From Podarcis liolepis (lineage: Eukaryota): DNA of 64,000 nucleotides. Shown here one piece after another: positions 11,320 to 22,798 of the stretch; position 1 is the first letter of the stretch; the number at the start of each line of letters is the position of its first letter. The position numbers and the translations under genes are program-made. The notes below the pieces were generated by a model. That model made no database searches. It saw only the letters and a program-made list of their open reading frames with translations, and was not told the origin of the DNA. The DNA lies in the NCBI GenBank assembly GCA_965112155.1, contig OZ218102.1. The stretch is one strand, 5' to 3'.

Positions 11320-12830
11320 CTTCTCTTAACTGTGTTTCCTTCAGGCAAGGAACGGAGCTCCAGAGTTAAGCAGCCATTCTCTTTTCCATGGCCACACCCC
11401 TTCTCCAAAGAGTCTTTTGGTCTTGCAAACAGTCTAGTTGTCCTGTGATTGAAGTCTGGAACTTACTTAATCCACAAAGCATTGAGTCTGTCTTCTTTCC
11501 TGGTGTTCCAGAGGAAATGCTTAATCCTCACTGCTGAGAAACTCCATAGCACATTTACCATTGTCATCTGAGCGGTGATCAAGAATCTTGGCAATGAGAT
11601 AATTTGCTGCAATGTTGTCTCCAGCTTGCTCTCTGAAAGCTTGTGCAGGAATGTAAACACAGTTTTGTGACTGCAGAATTCTTGCCTCTTGCACAAGATA
11701 GAAAGCTCAGCCTTCATCCCACAGTAATGGTCCAGGCTTCAATAGCTTCATTAAGTGCCTGTTGCAGGAAACTCAAGTTACGTACTAGAAACAACACCCT
11801 TGTACAGGTGTTGCACCAAATGATCAGTAAATACAGATATTATTTTGCTTGTGCAATGATGTCCAAGGTGTCTTGATCCAGATTCTCCTTTGTTTAGCTT
11901 CTGGGAAGCTGTGATTTCCAGAATTAACTCAGAGAACAAGCTTTTAATGGAATCTTTTGACTTGACATGATGATGCTCATAAAATCTGACAAAGTCAAGC
12001 TGTTCTCTGGAGTTAACTGAAGTGGATATCCACATGAGTCATCATTCTGAAAAAAACAGGTACAAAAGGTACAGGAACTTGCACCTATCTGATTGTGCTG
12101 TTATCAAAATGTTTCTTCCAAAAATATTAAATTAGTGTCAGTCTCTTCCCAAATACTACATTCATTGTTAAGAAGTTAAAGTTCCAGCATGTCCAATATA
12201 ATCTGGGGATTCTTCTTCTTGCAACACCCTCCAAAACTGCATTCCTTTTTGTGCTGCTGGCAAAGGATGCCAGGAAACCAAAAAAAGGTCTGAAAATCAT
12301 TTATTTGTTTGTAAAGCTGTTGGTTTTATCACCAAGTTCACCTGAAGGGTACAGCTATGAACATACTGGGCAGTAAGATATAAGTCCTGGATCCTCTTCT
12401 GCATTCCTATGTGCTCCCCACAAATTCTGATTGCCCCATTGTAGCTCTGAACAAAGAGTTGCTGCTTGTTACGTCTCCTCCTAGTACATCTCTTTCAACT
12501 GCTAACGCACAACTATAACAATAGTATTCCTTCAGTGTGAATCCACTGAACCATTCCACTGGTGAGCAGTCACCATATGGGTGAACACATTGGTCGCGTC
12601 CTCAGTTTCAATAGTCAGAAAATGACTTTAAACAGTCACAAAAAGCTTTTTGACTTCTGTTTAATATGATGCTTCACCGGCATCTATATGCAGTCAAGCA
12701 TATTGTTTCTTTCACAGACCTTAGAACACTCTGGAACTATGTACGTGAAGTTCCATGGATGAGTCAACAGACTTCAAAAGAGTAAACATTAGTTGAATAC
12801 AACCATGGATTTTCTGAATCCGGCAGGCAG
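11320..12830 (-). pseudogene. Decayed hAT (Tip100/ZMYM1-like) transposase in TRIM59 intron 1
   Basis: Ordered motifs broken by stops and frameshifts: KSVDSSMELHVHSSRVF*G; FLTIETEDATNV; QSYNGAIRICGEHIGMQKRIQDLYLTAQYVHSCTLQVNLVI; FASSTKRNAVLE..RRIPR...CWN; dimerization domain LITAQMTMVNVLWSFSAVRIKHFLWNTRKEDRLNAL; PDFN. Confidence 0.85.
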
Positions 12831-14416
12831 AATTCAACACTGCACTCTTCCAATTGTTCCATATGCACAAACACCCCACTTCCACCTGAGCACTGTTCTG
12901 AAGGTTCTCCCAAACCTTCTCCTGGAGGCAAATTTCAGGGGACATGAAGTGGGGGAAGAGAGCTGGGTAGAGCTCCATGGTACAAGTGGAAGTCCTTGCA
13001 CAGGACTTCCACCAGTGGGGCTGGTTAGGTAAGTTCTGCCCATTTTCCCACATGTCATGACCACTAAGCATCAGTTATAAAGCACCCCAGAAAGGCTATT
13101 TCTGTTGTTCTTTTCATGATTGCGCTCTCTTACACACAGTTGCCTTTGTCCACCAAAGAACATAAGAAGTGTCACACTGTAGTCTTTGGCCATCTGTCAT
13201 GGGTGCTTTAGTTGAGATTCCTGCATCGCAGGGGGTTGGACTAGATGACCCTCTATGTCTCTTCCAACTCTACAGTTCTATGATTTACATCTCCCCAATA
13301 ATTTGGCTTAAGGTTTGTTTGTTGCTGGCTTGCAAATGATGGCTTGTTAGGGAGCCACAAAATAGAGTCCCTGCATTGCATATCCCACATATGCAAGGGG
13401 AAGAGCAAAACAGGAGTAATCAGGCAGAGCGTACCAACATGCTGCTCATTCACAATAAGCCACGGGTCATAAAGTTTGGTTTGTCATTCATGTGAACACA
13501 GCTATTGTTTAGGAAATATATGATGTAGGATCGGCGGGACACATCGGCTTTAACTTTGCATTTTTTTCTGATTTAAGTAATTGACTTGATATGACTCAAT
13601 TTTAATCAATCTACACTGGCTGCATGGCTAAGGAAACAGTAGTAATGTACCTTAAAAATGTAAACAAAACCCAGAGTATTTGGAGAAAATTCCATTAGAT
13701 ACTACAGAAAAATATAATAAATAAAACAAACACCAAAGTACAATTTTCAATACTGACCAATAAGATATAGTGAAGTCGTATTTGTCAGCCCTGGGATTGG
13801 TATATTCTAGAAATAACAGTTCTCTATTTATCTGGAATAAAAAGTGAAGAATTTGGCGATTATGTTTTCCAAGCTGGACATTCAGGGGTGATAACAAGCA
13901 GTAAGGCATATTTTCTGAGCTGAAGTAGTGATGCAGAAATCCTATAATTATAATTTATTCACAATGGGCTGAACCTGTCTAAGAATAAGGCAAAAAAGTT
14001 TGTTCTCAGCAGGGAAACCTTTACCTCCATTCCTTAGTTCTCTACCACTCTGATGACTAGTAATTATATGAAAGGAAAAATGCACTCCTGCTTACAAAAT
14101 TTTATTGCCTCATCACTGATGTTTCTCAGCAAATAAAACAAAGAACTTCTTTCACAATGACCTATAACTCCAGCATCAGTGAAACTTGTTTTAAAAAGAA
14201 AATGCTATGTACTGCATGGATATTTTGTTGCACATCACACAAAATAATGACTATAGTACAATGACTATGGTACAATTTCTTCATAAATTAGGAAAGAGGC
14301 GTGGTTCAGTGGTGAAGCACATTTATTCCAAGCAAAAGGTCCCAGGTTTATACAGCAAAAGCCTCGTTTGAAATCCTGACAAGGTACTGCCAGTCAGTGT
14401 AGACAATACTAAACCA

Positions 14417-14739
14417 CTTAGCCTCTTGGGCTTTCCGATCACAGTTTGAACGCGTGTGATGGGGTGAACTCCCGTTGCTTTGTCCCAGCTCCTGCCAAAC
14501 TAGCAGTTCAAAAGCATATTTGAAGTAGATAAATAGGTACTGCTGCTGCAGGAAGGTAAATGGTGTTTCTGTGCGTTTTGGTACTCGTCATGGTGTCCCA
14601 TTGCGCCAGAAGAGGTTTAGTCATGCCGACCACATGACCCAGAAAGCTGCGGACAAATGCCAGCTCTCTCGACCTGAAAGCGCAGATGAGCACCGCACCC
14701 CTTAGTCAAATTCGACTGGTTGTCCAGGGGTCCTTTACC
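14417..14739 (+). mobile_element. Sauria SINE
   Basis: ggggtgaactcccgttgc...agtagataaataggtac...cacatgacc...gatgagcaccgc...cctttacc; further partial copies at 14860-14973 and 2825-2892. Confidence 0.8.
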
Positions 14740-16149
14740 AGTGGACTAATGCTCTAGCATGGTATAAGGTAGTTTCCAATGTTCTTATTATACCGACACT
14801 GAGATTGGAGCCAATCTTTTTTCCAGCAGATTTTTCTTTGTCCTGTTTTATGTTTCTAAACCCGGAAGTGTCTGCGGACAGCGCTGGCTCCCGGCCTCTA
14901 GAGTGAGATGAGCGCACAACCCTAGAGTCTGTCAAGACTGGCCCGTGCGGGCAGGGGTACCTTTACCTTTACCTATGTTTCTAAAAATCTAATATTGTGC
15001 CTATATTTCACAGAAGGCCCTTCCTATGTTTCTGAGAATTCTCCTGTGAAACCCACCTGGAAACACACAGGAATTGCCACAGAGGTGTAAAAAAATACCT
15101 AGTTAATTGTTACTATGGTCATTTGAATTTAAAAGTATAAAAATTATAGTTCCCTTAGCAGATACCCATCTAGGAAATGATGCCAGTTTACCAAGAAATG
15201 TGACTATAAACCAAACACAATATAGCTGGAAAGTTCAGCTGGTTGCATGGGGCTGACAGTGCCAAGGTTGCAGGTTTAATGCCTGTAAGGGACAGCTGGA
15301 TATTCTTGAATTGCAGGGGAATGGAATCCTCAGGGTCCTTTCCAACTCTTATGATTCTAGAAAATAACTACCAAACTTTTAGAAGACATCTGAAGGCAGC
15401 CCTGTTTAGGGAAGCTTTTAATGTTTAATAGGTTATTGTATATTAGTGTTTTATTGGAAGCCACAAGTTCAAAGGTAGGAAAGTATGTAGGCGAACAGAA
15501 GTGAAATACTTTATGGAAGAAATACAAAATCGAATCTGAACTGAGCTTAAGATGGAAACGAAAGATCAGTTCCCTGATACTTGTTTCTTTTTAAACGCAA
15601 GTTTGCAAACAAAACCTGAGAGTTTCTCAATATTTATTAATGCAAGTCACTGTGAAACACTAACGTTTTATACTGTATTCTTAAGCACAAATTAATATAA
15701 AGGGATTTAAATTTAAGGAAGTTTAAATAAGGGCAAGCTGTATATGCTTTAGATCTGGACCCCTCCAGTCATTTATTTGCCAAGTAGCCCCACTCTTGAG
15801 TAATGGTATTGTTTAGATACAAATAGCTGGAGGATCGTGACCCAAGAACAGTCACCAGAAGAGGCATTTAGAACTTAAGGGATAAATTAGTATAGCAAGA
15901 AGTTGACTACAAACGATACTTGCCTTTGAGTTTTCTGGGTCTTAGGGCAGCTGTATTGTTCCGATATGCATCCAAATGCCAGAGTAGAGTGGTACTAACG
16001 AAAATGCCACGAAGTTCTTGGTGGTCACACTGTTTCCCCCCTCCCAAAAGGAGTTACCTTTACTGTTGCTCTTCTTTCTACCTACAGAAACAGGAGCACT
16101 TTTCAAGGCTCTCTCCGCCACTCCCTTAATTTCTCCCCAAACACTTCGG

Positions 16150-16580
16150 GGACGGGGCAGTCACGATGGCAACGACCTAGTACGCCCATAAAAGCCTACC
16201 TCCCCCCCTCCATTTTTATTCTTCCTCAAAATAATACACGTATCCAGCATTACATGCTCACCTCCACCTGCGGCAGCAGATCCCTCGCTCCCCGCAAATT
16301 CCTCTCAGCTTCCCCTGAATGGATCCCAGCCGGGGGCTGCTAAACCCTTCTTCCCCTCCTCCTCCAATCAGAATCGCCGGAAAGGAGGAAAGGGAAGCAG
16401 CCGCGGCAGCTCGCTGCTGCGCACGCGCCTGGGCAAGCCGGTCGTCTCGAGCCAATCAACCGCTTCGGAAGGATCAGTTCAAAAGTAAACGGCCGGACGA
16501 GGGAGGAGAATTTTATGAACGCGGTACAACAGTTCCCTCAGGTCAGCCGTTAACGGCTGCTGGAGCGGGCTGCGCCTTAG
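16150..16580 (-). promoter_or_regulatory. TRIM59: CpG-rich TRIM59 promoter and non-coding first exon
   Basis: CpG cluster; minus-strand donor GAG|GTGAGC at 16262/16261; CCAAT boxes near 16365 and 16452; CHR-like TTTGAA (minus) at 16478-16483. Confidence 0.7.
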
Positions 16581-17147
16581 AACATATTCTGTGTATTTTT
16601 GCCCCTTTCTGTTTCTTTCTTATCCCCACCCCCGCTAAGAAACTTTGGATTTCTCTTCCATAAACGGTGGATTTTTTTTTTTAAAGAGAGAAATTAAAAG
16701 TTAAAACCTTACCAGTCAGGCATACTTTTCAAAATGATGTGATTTTAAGAGGGGGGAAAGTCAACAGAATATCGGCAACCTAAGCATGCAGGCTCAAGCC
16801 ACCCCAAAGTAAACTGGGCTAGGCCCCATTGATTCCAGTAGTAGGTATGTGCTAATAACTGTATGAATTATTGCACTGAGATTTTAAAATAGCTAACTTT
16901 GTCTGGGTTGTGCCTAAAAGCAAAAGCTCCTGATTAGGGGAAAAGAAGCACTTGTGCCATCTATCTAAAAATACAGGAATTCACATATGCAACCAGTTGT
17001 CTGTAGAATCTCAGTCTTCCAGAATTGTCTGACATAACCAAAAAATGAGCCCTATGCTTTTATAGACTTAGCTCACTAATTCACAACTAATTCATTAGCA
17101 AGTTCACAGGCTCTGTGTTCGCTCATAATGCTAAGTCAGACTAAGTA

Positions 17148-17235
17148 AGACCAAACTTACTTGGTCTCAAAGGTGCTACTGGAAGGAATTTTTTTATTTT
17201 GTTTTGACTACGGCAGACCAACACGGCTACCTACT
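17148..17235 (+). mobile_element. Short Penelope pseudo-LTR fragment
   Basis: ttggtctcaaaggtgctactggaaggaattttttt...ggcagaccaacacggctacc matches 17957-18022. Confidence 0.7.
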
Positions 17236-17816
17236 TTTAAGCTTACCTGTGGGTTACCAAAGCATAGATTTCAGCCACTGTTCCCACACTACCAGATGCT
17301 AAGCCATGGATTGGTTTACCACTACACCTGGACCCAGGCTTGTGGTTTATCTCCCCTAGATAAGTGACGTAGGAAAGTAAGGACAAACTCTTAAGCAAGT
17401 GAGCACTCTTCAACATTTGCACTAAAACTGTGCTCACTAACAGTTTCTCGCCATCCTGGAAGAAAGTGACAAGTGGGGTGCTGTAGGGTTCTGTCCTGGA
17501 TCCACTGCTGTTCAATGTCTTATAAACAATTTGGATGACGGAATTAAGGAAATGCTCATCCAGTCTGCAGATGACACCAAAACTAGGAGGGATAGCTAAT
17601 GCCGCAGAAGACAGAATCGGGATTCAGGATTACCTTAACAGATTGGAGAACTAGGCCCAAACTAACAAAATGAATTTCATTACGGAGAAATGTAAGGTTC
17701 AGCACTTAGGAAGAACCAGTTGCACAACCATAAGATGGGGAACACCTGGATCACCAGTACTACATGTGAAAAGGATCTAGAGGTCTAAGCAGACCACAAC
17801 TTTAACATGAGTTGAC

Positions 17817-18032
17817 AGTCAAAATAAAAAAATTCCTTCCAGTAGCACCTTAAAGACCAACTAAGTTAGTTCTTGGTATGAGCTTTCGTGTGCATGCACA
17901 CTTCTTCAGATACACATTCGCATGCACACGAAAGCTCATACCAAGAACTAACTTAGTTGGTCTTTAAGGTGCTACTGGAAGGAATTTTTTTATTTTGACT
18001 ATGGCAGACCAACACGGCTATCTATCTGTAAC
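17817..18032. mobile_element. Palindromic Penelope pLTR insertion with 17-bp target-site duplication
   Basis: 81-bp perfect inverted arms 17817-17897/17920-18000; flanking taacatgagt(t/c)gacagt at 17803-17819 and 18029-18045. Confidence 0.85.
17876..17913 (-). ncRNA. Minimal type I hammerhead ribozyme motif (Penelope pLTR), intact core
   Basis: Minus strand GTAT CTGAAGA A GTGTGCATGCACAC GAAA GC TC ATAC. Confidence 0.75.
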
Positions 18033-19385
18033 ATGAGTCGACAGTGTGATGCAGCAGCAAAAAAAGCTAATGCTATTCTAGACTGCATCAACAGAAGTTT
18101 AGTGTCCAGATCAAGGGAAGTCAAAGCACCTCTCTATTCTACCTTGGCCAGATCACGCCTGGAGTACTGTGTCCAGTTCTGGTTGCCACAATTTAAGAAG
18201 GATATTGACAAGCAGGAACATGTGCAGATGAGGGCAACCAAGATGATGGTCTGGAAACCAAGCCTTATGAGGAATGGTTGAGGAAGCTGGGTTTGTTTAG
18301 CCTGGGAATGATGAGACTGAGAGGAGGTATGATAGATATCTTCAAATATCTGAAAGGCTGTCATGCTGAGGATGGAGCATGCTTATTTCCTCCTGCTCTG
18401 GAGGGTGGGGCATGAACCAATGGATTCAAGTTACAAGAAAAGAGATTCCAACTGAACATCAGAAAGAACTTTCTGACAGTAAGAGCTGTTTGACAGTGGA
18501 ACAGACTTCCACAAGAAGTTGTGGACTCTCCTTCCTTGGAGGTTTTTAAGCAGAGGCTGGAAAGCCATCAGTCATGAATTATCTAGTTGAGATTCCTGCA
18601 TTGCAGGAGGTTGGACTAAATGACCCTTGGGGTCCTTTCCAACTAAAATTCTATGATTTATGATTCTAAGTTTCCAAGCACCTTGTTAAAGATATGTTAA
18701 CTGAGCATTAACAGCATACTGATGTCATATGCTCCCAAAGATACATATGACTTTTGTTATCTTCAAATAGATATTAGACAGCATCAGTAACACAATCTCT
18801 GATTATGGCTTATCAAAGTCAAACCCTGACCTGGGCTAATCTAATATAGGTATTGGACTGGCTGGTTTATAATCCAATCTCATACATTTTCAAAATGTAC
18901 ATTTGTCAATAGAAAATGCTTACCTACTTCTCCAACACAAAGTGTCAGAAGTCATACTTTGGCCACTGTTAAGAGAGGACAATCCTGCAGCCAAACTGTG
19001 TCAGGGACGAATGCCTGCAAGGAAAGTGCATCAAATGACCACTGGCAGATAGTGATATCATTACACGTAAAACAAAGAAATATTATGTCATATGGGCTAT
19101 ATAACATGATTTGGTCTTACTATTTTAAAGCTAACTAGTTCAATTTCCCATTAGTTTTTACTGAGAATGATTCACACAACCTTTCTAGAGGTATGGAGGT
19201 AGCATAGTGTTGGTTTCAAAAGTGGCATTTTTCTCAGACAGTACTGAATTAAATCCCGAATCCTGTGGCTGTGGCTGTGTTGTTTAGACCAAACACCCTT
19301 ACAAGATAAGTAACTGTGTGAGACTATAGTTTAATAGAATCACAGTTAGTTGTTCTGCCCCCCAAAAGGGAATTGTGGTTTAATT

Positions 19386-19434
19386 TCAGTTTACTAACCA
19401 GGACCTTACTTTAAGGTCCTGGTTAGTAAACTGA
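19386..19434. repeat. Perfect 23-bp hairpin at the centre of a larger imperfect palindromic MITE-like element
   Basis: tcagtttactaaccaggacctta-ctt-taaggtcctggttagtaaactga. Confidence 0.85.
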
Positions 19435-22400
19435 CATTAAAACACAGCTCCCCATTTTGGATGTAATGGGTAACTGTGGTTTAATTAAACCACGAGTTAA
19501 GTCCCGAGAAAGAAAAGGAGGGGGAGCATGTGGTCGTCTTGCTTGTCCTGTCTGCTAAATTAGCAAGTCTGGAAAGGAATGCCTGAACCAGGTCAGTACC
19601 ATACTCTCACCACTTTTTCACTCTTTTCTTCAGGTGGTAGTGGAGATTCTCTGATTTCTAAACAAGCAACCCTGTTCAACATCTGCACTAGACTGTCCTG
19701 GATAGAAAACCAAAGAAAAGAATGCAAAGCACTCCCTCTTTTGGACACTAGAAAAAATTGATCTCAACAATGAAGTGGATATGTTATATAGCACTGAGTG
19801 ATTGACATTGCGATCTACCATCTGTTCCACAGATAATCCTCAAGACTTCATAAGTGAAAGAGCTCATGTATATTTTCTCTATGAACTAGAGTATTTATAA
19901 TTTATTGAGTCATGCTGAAGTAAAAATGCAAACATACTGAGATATGTCTGGTAAAGTAAGCTTGAAAAAGCAAATAATGATATACCGTAAATTTGCCACT
20001 GTGTCATAAATAATGTTATGCTTATCTTTCCAGAAGAAGTAAACACCTGTCTATCCTGATAAAATTAAATTTATATTTTACAGCCTCTCATGTAAACATC
20101 TGGGAAATGTCTGGAATTGTGTCTGGAAAGATAAAATCCCATTCCCTGCCTCCCTAAATCAAATAGACAAGCTTTGACAATACAAGCCTTCCCTCCCTCT
20201 AATCAGTGTTGCTTCCAACAGTTTTTTTTCCCTTAGGTGACTTTATATGAAACCAAATGCATTAAATTTGTTTTCTGTGAGCAGACTCATCATCACCATA
20301 GTTCCACTTAAGCCAAGCAGAATGAAACAGTGAATGTATTTCACAGAAAATCAGGAATAGAGCCATTCTTATTAATTTTTAGACATGTATGTACACCCAC
20401 GTTACATAAATTCCTTAAATGAATAATCTAGTCACAGGTGCCAAGTTTCCATTATCATGGTGGCATTTTTTAAAGCCACTGCAATCATTGGAATCAGTAG
20501 TTTCACGTTTTGTTATCCATATGAATCATGGATAATCCAGGGGCAGATAGCTTGTGTGCAGAAAACATGTGTAACCCTTGCTTTTTGTTTTGTTTAAATA
20601 CTTTAGATCATGGTATGAGGGTCTTTATTGTGCTGCAATCCAAACTGGCATTTGTAAAAAGGTGCCAACCTGGATCCCAGCGATACTGGTGAAAATAATA
20701 CCAGAGATTTAAGCACACTTCTTTGAAAGTAAGTAACAGTTTGAGTGCAAAGGTCTGGAGCAGATTTTTGCCTTGCAGGGAAATAGACCAGACCAAAATG
20801 CAATGGCACAAGTTACTGCTTGTAGCATTAGCCACTTGGCCTGTCAACAGTATCGAAGAATGTTACATTAACTGCTCCCTCAACATTTTGTAATAAACCT
20901 TAACAAGAGAGAACACAGTAGATTAAACTTTTTATTACTGTTTTCCACATTCCATTTTATGTCATACTAAATATGGTAGTCATGTGCTGTTATATTTTTC
21001 CATATATACACTTTTAATGTGTAAAGTATTCAATATCAGGCTCACCTTGGAGCAGTATGATAGCAATGCTACCAATAAAAACAAAAGTAAAACCATGTCA
21101 TGGCTGGAAGTATATTATCATTTTATAGCTCAGCAAATATAGAATTAGCCTTGTATTGGCTATTATCATTTGCTGTGGACTAGTTACTGCACAGCATAGT
21201 TATCAAACTGAGCTGCTTGCAAAGTTCAGGCCAGCTAAAAGTGCACTGCTTGTATTATTTTTATTAATTAAATGTCTATAGCACCCTTCATCTGAGTAAC
21301 ACAGGGTGATTTACAACATGCAATGTCTCTAGTTACAACAGAACTACTGTGCGATCTTTAATAAAGCCTTACCTTGTATAGTTCAGTGTCTGCTGAAGAA
21401 TGATCACAAGTTTGAATCTCTTTCTGCTGAAGGGGTGTGGGTTTAAATGATTTTAAACAAAGTACATTTGAGACTGCCAAGAACCAGCTAAGACAAACAG
21501 ACACAGAAAACATAGTGTGATGTAAGCTGAGAATCAAAAACTTGAATGATACATTGTCAGTGAAAGAAAGCATTTTATTTAATCCATTTTTTGGGGGGGG
21601 GAGTGTTAAGATAGTCTTGAATAAGCACCATTGTCCACATTGCACAGGGCTCCCAATACTGTTAGAGTGCACTTACTAATGCGTGACAAAATCTGTAACT
21701 TAATACATCTGCTTTTGTAAATTTACCATAGGACACTACACTACTCATTTTCTGAGTGTTTGACACTGGTGTCCTTAATGGAATTTAAGGAGTTTCCCCT
21801 TCTAATTAACTCCGGTAGTTGTCAGTACATTGCCTCATCTTTAATAGAGGCTCTCATGGTTTATTGTTTTTAAAACTGTAACTTGCATAAAGGAATAAAA
21901 AATTCTAAAATGTATTTAATTACTAAAAGGCAGGATGCCAAATCAGATGTCTGACAAGAAATCACACTCTGTCCCTAGAAAGCAGTTACGTTTTTCATCC
22001 TATATGTGTGAGCTACCATTAGTCAAGGATGGTAGGACAATCTTCACATGTGTGTTGGAACATGTTCTCAACATGTTCCTGATTGAACTCTGGCAGTGTA
22101 AAAAGGTTCTGGATGAAAGAGAGTCCTGGAAAACCGAGTTTGCTCATTTCCTCCTCCCTCCCAATCCGTTTTTGTTTTGCATGGTGTCTTTTCAGATTTG
22201 AAATTTGAAGGCAGGCCCAAGTTTGTTTTTAGTTATAAACTGCTCTGGGAGCTTTTTTAGGACGAAAAATTGGATTTTAAGAAGAAGAAAACCCCAAACA
22301 CTGCCTCTGGCACTGGAGGCAACACATAGTCGTGATGACTACTAGTAGCTATTGACAGCCTTATCTTTAATGAATTTGGCCCTTTGAAAGCTGGTGGCCT

Positions 22401-22489
22401 TCACCACAGCTTTTGAGCACAAATTCTATAGCTTTAACTATGCGCTGTGTGAAGAACTACCGGTACTTCATTTCTTCTAATGGGATGAC

Positions 22490-22798
22490 TCCGGATTCCG
22501 ACACGACGTTGAGGGGGAAAAGTTATCCCATATATACACAGCGCCTAATTTTACACACCTCCACGGCGTGCGTTTTGCCTTTTAACGAAACGCTCGAGCC
22601 CTCAGAAAAATCAGGCGGGAAAAGCGGGGCGCCATTTTTGCGCCTCGCGCCCCCTCCCCCTCCCCAACTGCCAACGACCCTCCTGACGAGACGAACGGGT
22701 CTCGGTTCCCTCAGAGGCAAGCGAGGGCAGGAGCCGCCCCTGAGGACACGCAGCTCCCGAAGTTTGTCTCCTCGGCGCGGTTTCTTAAGTTTGTCGCC
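22490..22798. promoter_or_regulatory. CpG-island promoter upstream of the TMEM127-like ORF
   Basis: High CpG density; YY1-type CGCCATTTT at 22630-22638; strong Kozak gtcgccATGg. Confidence 0.6.

Larger units (their letters stand above)
17430..18668 (+). mobile_element. 5'-truncated CR1 LINE (RT C-terminal half and 3' end), interrupted by a Penelope insertion
   Basis: SGV..GSVL and ADDTK RT motifs; QCDAAAKKANAIL.CINR and LEYCVQFW peptides; terminal ttctatga repeats. Confidence 0.9.

Noticed and set aside
12986-13012. 11-bp perfect hairpin gtggaagtcct/aggacttccac
   Set aside because: Too short to be meaningful without other support
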